64,000 nucleotides of DNA from a virus (Duplodnaviria; Caudoviricetes). The position numbers were made by a program, and so were the translations under genes. Shown here in pieces: positions 48,272 to 57,759 of the stretch. The DNA is taken from IMG/VR virus record IMGVR_UViG_3300044633_001982. One strand, written 5' to 3'. The notes beneath the pieces were generated by a model. That model searched no databases and was not told the DNA's origin. It saw nothing but the letters and a program-made list of their open reading frames with translations. The stretch's first letter is position 1; every line of letters begins with the position of its first letter.

Positions 48272-50245
48272 ATGTTTGTACCACCATATAATTATTTAGT
48301 TGTTAGTTGTTGTGACGGAGCTCAATATATCATCAACATGCCAAGTGGAGGACAGGTTGGTGAGATGTGGTATATTAATACTGTTGAAGGACCAAGTTTT
48401 TGTTTTGTAATTGAAAATTTAATAGGTCCATCATCTTCAGGTTATGATTATGGTGCGGATACTGCGGAAATAGTTTTAAATGGACTTAATAATTGTTCCG
48501 AAGCTCCTGGATTTTGTTGTGCAACATCCCCAACCCCAACACCTACGGTTACAAGAACTCCTACTTTAACCCCTACCAAAACAAAAACTCCAACACCAAC
48601 AAAAACAAAAACTCCAACACCAACAAGAACGGCTACCCCAACTAAAAGTATGGGATTTACACCGACCCCAACTGTTACAAGAACTCCAACTGTCACACCT
48701 ACAATGTCGGTCACTCCGACAATAACACCAACTGTTTCAGTATCTAGAACTCCATATCCTGAAATAACCGCAAGTTTACGTATTACAGGTAGAAATGAAT
48801 GTGATATTATTACCATTTATCCAATGGAGGTACAATGTCAGACAGTTCAAGAACCAAGTACCTCAACATCAAGTGACGGTATATTATCTTTATTTATAAC
48901 AGGAGGTACACCACCATATACAATACAGTGGTCTAATGGTCAAACTTCACAAACTTTAAATAATGTTAGTTATGGATTTTATACTGCGGTGGTTACAGAT
49001 TATTACGGAGATTTCTCATCCACAACTACTTGTGGATTTTATGCTCCGACACCTACACCGACCACTACTCCTACCACTACGCCAACTATGACTCCATCAA
49101 GAAGTGTGGGAAGTAATCCTGTAATTCCAAATCTATGTATGTCATTTACATACTGTGAACAGTCATATTTGATTACATTTATTAATAATGGAACATACAA
49201 TTCTCATTACTCTTGGATTTCTGAAGATGGACAATATTTCATATTACATAATGGTAGTTATTGGGAATTCATTGGATTAGTAATGTGTGGTAGCCAAACT
49301 CCTCAATTAAGGACAACAACAACGTCATCGATACCTAATAATGGTTGGACATTCTTAGGTGCTGGAAATACAGTAAATGGACCAGTTATAGTAACTGAGG
49401 GTACTTGTTCGTCTCAACCATTGGCATTGACATATACGGCTAACGGTGCGTGTACTAACAATGGAAGTATTTTATCAACTGCGAACGGAGGTTCTTCACC
49501 GTATACATATTCAATTGATAACATTACTTATCAAAATTCTCCATTATTTAATAATTTGGTATCAGGAAATTACACGTTGTATGTTATGGATAATAACAGT
49601 AATACATCTAATGTTGGTGTAACAGTACCACAAATTGCAAATCAAAATTATGTTATAAGTGTTAATTTTGTTGGTAACCCAACAGGGAACTACACAACTA
49701 CAAATTGGACATCTAATCCATCTTCGATATATACTACAACTATTACAAATGGTAGATTAGCACAAATTACAATCACTCCATCATTACCTAGCGGTGTTAT
49801 TGTTGAATTTGATTTAAGTTTTACAAGTCAAATAACCCAATCACCTCAATATAATTCTTCAGACTATTATAATTGGGGAACAAGTAATTCAGTTGAAAAA
49901 AATTCAATATTACAGACACCTGTGGTACAACCTCAGAGTATTACTAATTTCCCATTAGCGGGATGTAAAGGAGCCCTATCAGGTAAAACAATTGTATTAG
50001 ATGTTGATATGTATAATGGTCTACAAATGATTAGTACCGATACATACGATTTATCATTCAATCATTCAATACTAATAGGTAATAAACCAAATGGTGTATT
50101 TCCTTGTAATAAAAAGTATGAATACTTATTGAAATACCAATTAAGAAACATAAAACTTTATAACGCACCTTGTTCAACAGTATCGATAGGTAATGACATA
50201 GTTCAAGTTTCAGTTAATTTAGGTCAACAATTTTTTGGAGGGTAA
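48272..50245 (+). CDS. Appendage protein: CC module + Pro-Thr stalks + SprB-like repeats
   Basis: VSCCDG...CC N-module; two TPT tracts; GGTPPYTIQWSNG and GGSSPYTYSID...LVSGNYTLYVMD SprB-like units. Confidence 0.7.
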   Translation: MFVPPYNYLVVSCCDGAQYIINMPSGGQVGEMWYINTVEGPSFCFVIENLIGPSSSGYDYGADTAEIVLNGLNNCSEAPGFCCATSPTPTPTVTRTPTLTPTKTKTPTPTKTKTPTPTRTATPTKSMGFTPTPTVTRTPTVTPTMSVTPTITPTVSVSRTPYPEITASLRITGRNECDIITIYPMEVQCQTVQEPSTSTSSDGILSLFITGGTPPYTIQWSNGQTSQTLNNVSYGFYTAVVTDYYGDFSSTTTCGFYAPTPTPTTTPTTTPTMTPSRSVGSNPVIPNLCMSFTYCEQSYLITFINNGTYNSHYSWISEDGQYFILHNGSYWEFIGLVMCGSQTPQLRTTTTSSIPNNGWTFLGAGNTVNGPVIVTEGTCSSQPLALTYTANGACTNNGSILSTANGGSSPYTYSIDNITYQNSPLFNNLVSGNYTLYVMDNNSNTSNVGVTVPQIANQNYVISVNFVGNPTGNYTTTNWTSNPSSIYTTTITNGRLAQITITPSLPSGVIVEFDLSFTSQITQSPQYNSSDYYNWGTSNSVEKNSILQTPVVQPQSITNFPLAGCKGALSGKTIVLDVDMYNGLQMISTDTYDLSFNHSILIGNKPNGVFPCNKKYEYLLKYQLRNIKLYNAPCSTVSIGNDIVQVSVNLGQQFFGG

Positions 50246-50274
50246 TAAAATTTAGATTTTGATAATTATTATAT

Positions 50275-52458
50275 ATGGGTTATATTTTACAAAATACATC
50301 AGGTTTAATTTCAACTAGAATTACAGATGTTGGGAGAAGAAAGATATCGCAAGGTAGTTTAAATATACAGTATTTCCAAGTAGGGGATAGTGAGGTATCT
50401 TATACCGGTGTTACAAATTCAGTGTCAACCACTTCAAAAATTTTGATGCCACCATATAATGCTCAAAATAATACAGGGTTCCCTCAATCTACTAAAAATT
50501 ATATTAAATACCCATATTACATGCAAGGTACCTCAGGTAACACATATGGTATACCTTACATGGAATCTGAATATGTATCAATATATAATACTGCGGAACC
50601 TAGAGGGTTTTTTTCTGGAGACTCAACATGTTGGTATGTACAACCTTGTTCAGCGTATACTATTAATAGCGAGTTTGATACTGATACAACACTACTTGAC
50701 GGTGGTATATTAGTAGAAGCTTCCTCAAATCCATTGGCGTGTGATACTACTGCAAATGGAACTATTGAGATTGGTGATTTAATAACAATTTTTTATAATC
50801 AAACGGACCTTTGTTCATGTTATCAATCTTGTTACCCTACTCTAACATATCGAGTTACTTATTATGATTCAGGTAGCAATTTAATTGGTTTAGATAGACC
50901 TTGTGTTAATTTTACAAATATTACAACTACTGCAAATTCTAGATTAATGGTATACCCTTCAGGTATGACTGAGTTATATGATACAATAACTCCGGCTGGA
51001 CATTGGAATGATGATGTTGTTAATTATGAATCACTATGTTATACTGACCAAATTTCTTCACTTATATGGAATATGAATATAATATGGTCTGAAAGTATTG
51101 CGGGATTAAATAATGCAATATACCAAGATTATAATTATTATAATTCAAAAGACTATATTGGGACTAAAGAATATTTAGGTTACATGTCTTCTTTAGGACA
51201 ATCAGCAACTACTGATGTTTATTATTATAATTCGTATAATGAAAAAATAATAGTGACACCTGAAGAACAAAAATCTATCGCGGTAATACATTTCACTAAT
51301 CAATCTATTAATAATTTTTACGGTGAAAAATTTGCGGTTGAGGAATACGACGTGAATAATCCAGGTGAAACGGGACAAGCTAGAAATTTTAAATTACATA
51401 TACCTACAGTAATGTGGCATAAGGGTACTAATTGTTGTTCAGGTGAAACGTTTTATATTGACCCACCTGTAAATGGTGGAGGATTTATGGAACAAGGATT
51501 ACTATTATCGTCAAAAAATTCAGATATGAATAACCCTGGTATTAGATATTATACTTTATGGGATAATCATTCAACATCTACAGGTTTACCTAGCAGAATT
51601 GGTAAAGTATTCCCTGATGACCAATTGGTTGTAATTGATGACCCTGAAATAATTGCGATACTATCATATAAATCGAATAGGAATTGGACGTTACCTGCTC
51701 CAAAATTAACATTAACTGCTCCTAATATATGTAATGGGGATATAAATAGTGACGGAGTATTAAGTGCGGAGACAGAAACATTATGGGTGTCATATGGATT
51801 CTATAATAATTCAACTTTCACTAGTTCATTACATTGTCAATATTACCAACAAATTATAGGACCAACAAGTGGATGTACTAATTATTCTATGGATGTTTCA
51901 TTAATTTTTGGTAATGAATTTGGATGTATGAACACTGACGGGATTGTTGGTTTCGTTGCCGAGGAATTTTATGTGATTGCTCAGAAAGTTACTACTGGAG
52001 ATAGACCGAATCCAAATTTATGGAAAGAAATTGATTTTACTGACCAATTAAGTGGATATACAGTTAACGGGTATATCACACCTCAAGGACTAACGGCTAG
52101 TACATTTACAATTACATCTACTTTATATGATAACGCACCAACACATGACATGGGTAGTGTTCTTTACTTACCGACTGTTGGAAGTACAGGGGAATTAAAT
52201 TTTGGAGATGAATATTATTTTTATGGAAATATTGAAACAGATATCCAAGCTACAATATACGAAATGAAATATAGGATTAATTTACCTTCGGGTATGTTTA
52301 TGAATAGTAGTAATCCATCTTGGAATAATTCATTAACTCCATATTTTAATGAAATCGGTCTTTACGATTCTGAGAATGACCTTATTTTTATATCAAAAAT
52401 GCAAAGACCCACTCAAAGAAGTGGTATACAGCAGATAATGATTAAATACGATTTTTAA
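50275..52458 (+). CDS. Tail-collar/fibre-attachment-like structural protein
   Basis: N-terminal ITDVGRRKI...FQVGDSE and C-terminal NEIGLYDSENDLIFISK resemble the two halves of the tail-collar fibre N-domain. Confidence 0.55.
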   Translation: MGYILQNTSGLISTRITDVGRRKISQGSLNIQYFQVGDSEVSYTGVTNSVSTTSKILMPPYNAQNNTGFPQSTKNYIKYPYYMQGTSGNTYGIPYMESEYVSIYNTAEPRGFFSGDSTCWYVQPCSAYTINSEFDTDTTLLDGGILVEASSNPLACDTTANGTIEIGDLITIFYNQTDLCSCYQSCYPTLTYRVTYYDSGSNLIGLDRPCVNFTNITTTANSRLMVYPSGMTELYDTITPAGHWNDDVVNYESLCYTDQISSLIWNMNIIWSESIAGLNNAIYQDYNYYNSKDYIGTKEYLGYMSSLGQSATTDVYYYNSYNEKIIVTPEEQKSIAVIHFTNQSINNFYGEKFAVEEYDVNNPGETGQARNFKLHIPTVMWHKGTNCCSGETFYIDPPVNGGGFMEQGLLLSSKNSDMNNPGIRYYTLWDNHSTSTGLPSRIGKVFPDDQLVVIDDPEIIAILSYKSNRNWTLPAPKLTLTAPNICNGDINSDGVLSAETETLWVSYGFYNNSTFTSSLHCQYYQQIIGPTSGCTNYSMDVSLIFGNEFGCMNTDGIVGFVAEEFYVIAQKVTTGDRPNPNLWKEIDFTDQLSGYTVNGYITPQGLTASTFTITSTLYDNAPTHDMGSVLYLPTVGSTGELNFGDEYYFYGNIETDIQATIYEMKYRINLPSGMFMNSSNPSWNNSLTPYFNEIGLYDSENDLIFISKMQRPTQRSGIQQIMIKYDF

Positions 52459-53051
52459 TGTCAAAAAAAGAACTTAAAAACAATCCTAAAATATTAGGAT
52501 TAGATGTGTCTACCAAAACAATAGGTTGGGCACTTTTTGATTTACAAACTAAAGAGTTATTGGAATTAACTCATATTTCCCCACAACCAAAACCAAAATC
52601 TGAGGATAAAATAGAAGAGCTTTTAAAAAAATCTGATTTATTTAAAATAAAATTAGAACAATATAAAAACTTAGGTATTGTTAAAGTTGTTATTGAGGAA
52701 CCATTACTTAATTCTAATAATGTTTACACAATTGGTACTTTATTACGATATAATACTTTAATTACTAAAGAGGTTTATGATGTGTTAGGTATAGTACCTG
52801 AATACATATCTACATATAACTCTAGAAAAAACGCATTTCCTGAATTGGTTAAAGAAAATGATAAAGGTAAATTTGTTTTATTTGGTGGGTATCCGAAAGA
52901 CATCGATAAGAAACAAGTTATTTGGGAATTAGTTGCGAAACGTGAACCACAAATAACTTGGTTATATACTCGAAACAATACTTTAAAGAAAGAGAACTTT
53001 GATATGACAGATGCATATACTGTTGTTTTAAGTTATTTTAATTCAAAATAA
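52458..53051 (+). CDS. ruvC: RuvC-like Holliday junction resolvase
   Basis: ILGLDVSTKTIGWA, VVIEEP, DMTDAY acidic active-site pattern. Confidence 0.8.
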   Translation: MSKKELKNNPKILGLDVSTKTIGWALFDLQTKELLELTHISPQPKPKSEDKIEELLKKSDLFKIKLEQYKNLGIVKVVIEEPLLNSNNVYTIGTLLRYNTLITKEVYDVLGIVPEYISTYNSRKNAFPELVKENDKGKFVLFGGYPKDIDKKQVIWELVAKREPQITWLYTRNNTLKKENFDMTDAYTVVLSYFNSK

Positions 53052-53070
53052 AAAAACATTAATAAATTTT

Positions 53071-53097
53071 AAAGGGTCCAATAGGACCCTTTTTTTA
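53071..53097. terminator. Intrinsic terminator between convergent genes, probably bidirectional
   Basis: AAAGGGTCC-AATA-GGACCCTTT hairpin with a T-tract on the right and A-rich DNA on the left. Confidence 0.8.
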
Positions 53098-53125
53098 TTT
53101 AATGTGTTGTGTAAACTACGATTTA

Positions 53126-56100
53126 TTATGTCGATGGAGGACAGTTTGGTGTGTCAGATATATTCGATGCTACCCCAAAATAGTTACCTGTGTGTACAAT
53201 ATCTGCAGGATAGTTAGGGCTCCAACCTGGAATTACATTTATAAATGTTACTTTCTTACCTTGTGAAGGCGAAGTTGGTTGAGATGTGAATCCTTGACCT
53301 AATGATACATTTGGAACTGGTTGTGTTTGTATTACTATAATTGGACTTAGTGGATAACTTCTACAAACTCTATAAATATACGTGTAAGCTTGTAATGATG
53401 GAGTTGGTGTTAATGTTGAGGATGGAGTTGGTGTTGGAGTATACGTTGGAGTCGGTGAAGGACTAATACCTGGTGTACAGAATACACAATTTAATAAATC
53501 AACAGATGCCACTGAAGTTAGTGAATGTGTTGGTGCGGTACTAACAACATCAACATAGGTTACACAGTAACTAATATTATTAATATAAACTGATACTACT
53601 GCTCCAATTGGGACTTCACCTAAACTACCTGTAACATAAAATATTTGGTCAGAATTACAATCTACTAATTTTTTAGAGATTGGACATAACAAAAATTGTT
53701 CAAACGAGTTATAAGTAACAGTACCGGCAATTGGTACGTCAAACGGTAGTGGTGTCGGTGTTGGTGTTTTTGTTGGAGTTGGTGAGGTAGATATAGTTAT
53801 TGTTGTTGCGGAAACGTCAACTGATTTACCTGAACAATATTGTGTGGGTGTTGGAGTAGACGTAGGTGTTGAAGTTACCGTAGGTGTTAATGTGGGTGTT
53901 GGAGTCAATCCTGGGTAAGACCCACTACCATCAACGGAACACTCAAACTGTGCTTCAAACCAAAAATCAGAACATGTAATATCGGATGGTGTTGGTGTTG
54001 GTGTTACAAGACCTATATATAATATGTCATCACATAAGTCAGGACATTTATTAAAACAAGGACTCTTACCTTCTAATACACATGGACCATCTAAAGTTTG
54101 TGATAAACACCATCTTGTAGTCCCTGTATTATAATAAATTACATTTAGACTTGATGAGTTCCAATAATAAGATTGTCCATTCCATTCACTTATTAAATTA
54201 TAAACTCCATCATATTGTGAATACGATGGGTCGTTAGTGTATACAGTATAAACTTGTAATGGACATGTGGTATATGTTGTTGGAGTAATTGTAGGTGTGA
54301 TTGAAGGGGTTACAGTTTTTGTTGGTGTTGGTGTTGGTGTATTAAAAGATACACTTGTTCTTGTAACTGTTGGTGTTGGGTTATTTGTTGGTGTAATTGA
54401 AGGTGTGACAGTGTTTGTTGGTGTTAAAGTTAAAGTTGCGGTTGGTGTCTTTGTTGGGGTAGATGTTTTAGCCGGTGTCTTTGTTGGGGTGTTTGATGGG
54501 GTAATTGTTGGAGTTACTGCAACTGCGGTTGTTGTAAATACTTTTGAAGGAGATGCGGTACCTCCTCCTGTACAAGTAATTAATGTGTATAAATATAATG
54601 GACCTGTCAAATATCCTGACGCGGCTATTGTCACTGACGGACCACACCCAAAGGTACTTGATGAATATGTTATATCATCAAAAGAATAATATAAAGTAAC
54701 AATGTTACAATTACCTGTAGTAGTCTCCCAAGTTACATAAAATTGGTCACCACCTAAATAAACTGCTGATAATATGTTTGGTGAAGTACAAACTTGTGAT
54801 TTAGTTGGGGTAATGGTTCTTGTTGGTGTTGATGTTGGTTTTATTGATTTCGAGGTTGTACTTGGTGTTGGTGTTGGAGTCTTTGTTTTTGTTGGTGTTG
54901 GAGTCTTTGTTTTTGTTGGTGTATTTGTTGGGGTTGGTGTAGATGTTGCTTGAGCTAAATTTGATGTATGTGTTGGTGTTGGAGTTTTTGTTTTAGTTGG
55001 TGTAATCGTTGGTGTTGGGGATGCGGGTATTGGTGCGGGGGCAGGTGATGGATTACCTTGAACATTACTTAATGATACTGTATTACAAATAATTAATGAT
55101 GCAGCTCCTTGATTGTATACGCTAGTGCCTCCTGCAGGGGTTAATACCCAAGACCCTGAATTATATGTTAATTGTAATACTTGGCCTAAACTATTGCCTC
55201 GATAAAGATAAATATTACCCGCCTTAATACCGATTCCATAAATGTCGTTATACCCTAAACTACCAACATTTATTTCAACTTCAATAGTCCCTGAGTTGTC
55301 TGAACTATATTGACGAACTAAATACGCTACAGGTCCTCCCCCTGTTTGATATTCTGTTGTAATATATTTACCATTTGTCAATTTTAAAATATCTCCATTT
55401 AAGTAGGATATTCCTGTACCGTCACCTAATGGAAATAATTCAGTTATTGTTGCGGGATTTGGTAATAAATTAACTTGATATAAAATACCATTTGATTCTG
55501 TTATTATTAAATTATCATTTAATGAATCTAACCCTGCGCCTAAATAAAAAGGGTTACCATTATATGTTAATGTTCTCGAATCGACAAATTGTAATGTTTG
55601 TTTATTATATCTTGAGATGACATGGTTAAGGTAACTGAAAAAATAATTATCAGATACTGCCAAATCAGGACCTTGATTTGTACCACCAACCAATTGACCA
55701 ACTAATGTTGTTGTATTTGTGATTGGATTGTTAATGTAAATGTTTTTTCCTGCATTAACATAAATTGGACAAGAGTCAGTTCCTGATGTAGGAGTAGGAG
55801 TTGGAGTTTTAGTCGGAGTCTTAGTCGGAGTCTTAGTCGGAGTCTTAGTCGGAGTCTTAGTCGGAGTCTTAGTTACTGTAGGTGTAGGTGTTGGTGTAAC
55901 ACATGTAATACCTTCAGATGACAAACAGGTTGCACAATCATTCGCTCCGTATTTTGTTATTGTAGTTGAAGCGACTGTTGGAGGACCATAAAGAGGTAAC
56001 GTTCCATTGAATACTGTTGAGAATGAAATAAGAACAAAACAACTTGTAATTTCAGTTCCTAATGACAAATTTTTAATTGACATATGAACTGTCATCCCAA

Positions 56101-57493
56101 CTGATGGAACCACACTTTGACCTACCCAATTTACGCCTGTCACTTGGTAATTAATACCTGAACAACATTCTTGTAATATATAATAAGCGTTTTTATTAAC
56201 CGACGTTGAAGATGGTGTAGGTGTTGGAGTTTGAGTAGGACCTGGAGTTGGTGTAACAGGGTTACTAATTAAGTAATTTAATGTTATTGTGTTACAACCA
56301 GGACTTGAAGAACCTGCTCCTGATATTGATTGACCATTTATTAGGTCGTATAAGAAAATAACTTGGAAACTTGAACCATTATAAATTAATCTATATACTG
56401 AATAATTGTTTACTAAAAATAAACTATTACCTTGAGTTGCGATACCCTCAACTTGAGTCAATCCCAAAGTTGTTAAATTTACCGAATTTTGTAAATTACC
56501 CGAAACATCATATTCATTTAAGTACTTAACACCTGTGTTACTTGTTACAGACATTATATACGTGTTTGATGAAGTTTTAATTAAATCACCTGTGATTGAA
56601 TAACCTGTTGGTAATTGAAATAATAATGTGTTGGATGCTGTTGAAGTGCTTACATTTAATTCATAAATTGAATTACTTGAATTACAAATCAACACATTAT
56701 TACTAATACTTGCTAAACCTCTACCTAACGTAATTGTTGTTGTAATAGTGTTAACAAGTGTTAATGTTGTCTTATTATATCGGTATATTGTATTACCTAA
56801 GTTTGAAGTATATAGATAACTTGATGAAACTGCGACATCGTTTGAAGATAACGCAGGTGTTAGAGTTCCTAAAAGATTATATGTATTTGCGCTAGGATTA
56901 AGTGTCATAATCCTATCCGCGTTAGCGTCTATTAAATAAATTGTACAATCAACAAATCCGTTAGTTGGAGTGATTGTTGGTGTGGGTGTTTTGGTAGGTG
57001 TTTTGGTAGGTGTTTTGGTAGGTGTTTTGGTAGGGGTCTTAGTAGGTGTAACTGATGGAGTTTTTGTTTTTGTTGGGGTATGAGTTTTTGTTGGTGTCGG
57101 AGTTTTTGTTTTTGTTGGTGTAGGTGTCGGAGTGGTGGCAGCTCCACCGGAATCTTCGCAAATTAGAAACTCCGATTTACAAACAGTACAGCTAGCACAA
57201 CTATTAGTTAAACTTGCACACGGTCCATAACCACCACTACCTACAAACCCAGACCAAGTGTATGTTGAAAGAGATGGATTAGGTCCTGGAAGTGAGGATA
57301 CAATTATTCCACAATCACCTGATGTGAAACCTGAACTTACAATTATATATACTTCACCTGTTTGAACAGTTATAGTATCACCTAAGTAATTAGTATAGTC
57401 AGGAATACCGCTAGGGGCGTAAAGAACATACTGAGTTTGAGATACACCGTTACAACATCTATTTACTTTATAATAACCTGGTAATAAAGCCAT
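53126..57493 (-). CDS. Large multi-domain Pro-Thr-linked appendage protein (Cys modules, two propeller-like domains, FN3-like domain)
   Basis: 1455 aa; about eight TPTK/TPTP tracts separate compact Cys-bounded domains. Confidence 0.75.
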   Translation of the reverse strand: MALLPGYYKVNRCCNGVSQTQYVLYAPSGIPDYTNYLGDTITVQTGEVYIIVSSGFTSGDCGIIVSSLPGPNPSLSTYTWSGFVGSGGYGPCASLTNSCASCTVCKSEFLICEDSGGAATTPTPTPTKTKTPTPTKTHTPTKTKTPSVTPTKTPTKTPTKTPTKTPTKTPTPTITPTNGFVDCTIYLIDANADRIMTLNPSANTYNLLGTLTPALSSNDVAVSSSYLYTSNLGNTIYRYNKTTLTLVNTITTTITLGRGLASISNNVLICNSSNSIYELNVSTSTASNTLLFQLPTGYSITGDLIKTSSNTYIMSVTSNTGVKYLNEYDVSGNLQNSVNLTTLGLTQVEGIATQGNSLFLVNNYSVYRLIYNGSSFQVIFLYDLINGQSISGAGSSSPGCNTITLNYLISNPVTPTPGPTQTPTPTPSSTSVNKNAYYILQECCSGINYQVTGVNWVGQSVVPSVGMTVHMSIKNLSLGTEITSCFVLISFSTVFNGTLPLYGPPTVASTTITKYGANDCATCLSSEGITCVTPTPTPTVTKTPTKTPTKTPTKTPTKTPTKTPTPTPTSGTDSCPIYVNAGKNIYINNPITNTTTLVGQLVGGTNQGPDLAVSDNYFFSYLNHVISRYNKQTLQFVDSRTLTYNGNPFYLGAGLDSLNDNLIITESNGILYQVNLLPNPATITELFPLGDGTGISYLNGDILKLTNGKYITTEYQTGGGPVAYLVRQYSSDNSGTIEVEINVGSLGYNDIYGIGIKAGNIYLYRGNSLGQVLQLTYNSGSWVLTPAGGTSVYNQGAASLIICNTVSLSNVQGNPSPAPAPIPASPTPTITPTKTKTPTPTHTSNLAQATSTPTPTNTPTKTKTPTPTKTKTPTPTPSTTSKSIKPTSTPTRTITPTKSQVCTSPNILSAVYLGGDQFYVTWETTTGNCNIVTLYYSFDDITYSSSTFGCGPSVTIAASGYLTGPLYLYTLITCTGGGTASPSKVFTTTAVAVTPTITPSNTPTKTPAKTSTPTKTPTATLTLTPTNTVTPSITPTNNPTPTVTRTSVSFNTPTPTPTKTVTPSITPTITPTTYTTCPLQVYTVYTNDPSYSQYDGVYNLISEWNGQSYYWNSSSLNVIYYNTGTTRWCLSQTLDGPCVLEGKSPCFNKCPDLCDDILYIGLVTPTPTPSDITCSDFWFEAQFECSVDGSGSYPGLTPTPTLTPTVTSTPTSTPTPTQYCSGKSVDVSATTITISTSPTPTKTPTPTPLPFDVPIAGTVTYNSFEQFLLCPISKKLVDCNSDQIFYVTGSLGEVPIGAVVSVYINNISYCVTYVDVVSTAPTHSLTSVASVDLLNCVFCTPGISPSPTPTYTPTPTPSSTLTPTPSLQAYTYIYRVCRSYPLSPIIVIQTQPVPNVSLGQGFTSQPTSPSQGKKVTFINVIPGWSPNYPADIVHTGNYFGVASNISDTPNCPPST
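55809..55868 (-). repeat. Five perfect 12-nt tandem repeats encoding TPTK
   Basis: (TTAGTCGGAGTC) x5 on the + strand. Confidence 0.95.
56991..57026 (-). repeat. Three perfect 12-nt tandem repeats encoding TPTK
   Basis: (TTGGTAGGTGTT) x3 on the + strand, plus degenerate flanking copies. Confidence 0.9.
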
Positions 57494-57717
57494 TAACTTA
57501 CATTAAAATTATTAATTATCACACACCCATAAACATCAATTAATTTAATAATATAATTACTTTGAGTATCAAATGGTTGTGGTATTATAAAATTATATGG
57601 TAATTGAGAATCGGTAATTTGATTAATATAAATGCAAGTTGTTTGTGAAGTGTCACAAAGATATACATCATACGGAGTTGACCCCGTTATATTATTAACC
57701 GTAACTTGAACTGCCAT
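57493..57717 (-). CDS. Stand-alone copy of the shared Cys module (74 aa)
   Basis: VNNITGSTPYDVYLCD.....C...IIKLIDVYGC aligns with the N-termini of the 36675 and 45850 proteins; TAATG-coupled to the 1455-aa gene. Confidence 0.8.
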   Translation of the reverse strand: MAVQVTVNNITGSTPYDVYLCDTSQTTCIYINQITDSQLPYNFIIPQPFDTQSNYIIKLIDVYGCVIINNFNVS

Positions 57718-57726
57718 AACTTTTAA

Positions 57727-57734
57727 ATAAATAT
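57727..57734 (-). promoter_or_regulatory. Candidate late-promoter element ATATTTAT on the minus strand
   Basis: + strand ATAAATAT, 9 nt upstream of the minus-strand ATG at 57717. Confidence 0.5.
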
Positions 57735-57759
57735 AGAAGTAACAAAAAGTTTGTGTAGT

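Noticed and set aside
38389-57147. Antisense and alternate-frame ORFs (e.g. 38389-38958, 39440-39652, 40430-41119, 48448-48816, 54267-54689, 56932-57147)
   Set aside because: They are shadows of Gly/Ser or Pro/Thr repeats lying fully inside well-supported genes.
37785-57493. Diversity-generating retroelement acting on fibre genes
   Set aside because: No reverse transcriptase in the window, and repeat differences are not adenine-restricted; a DGR elsewhere in the genome cannot be excluded.
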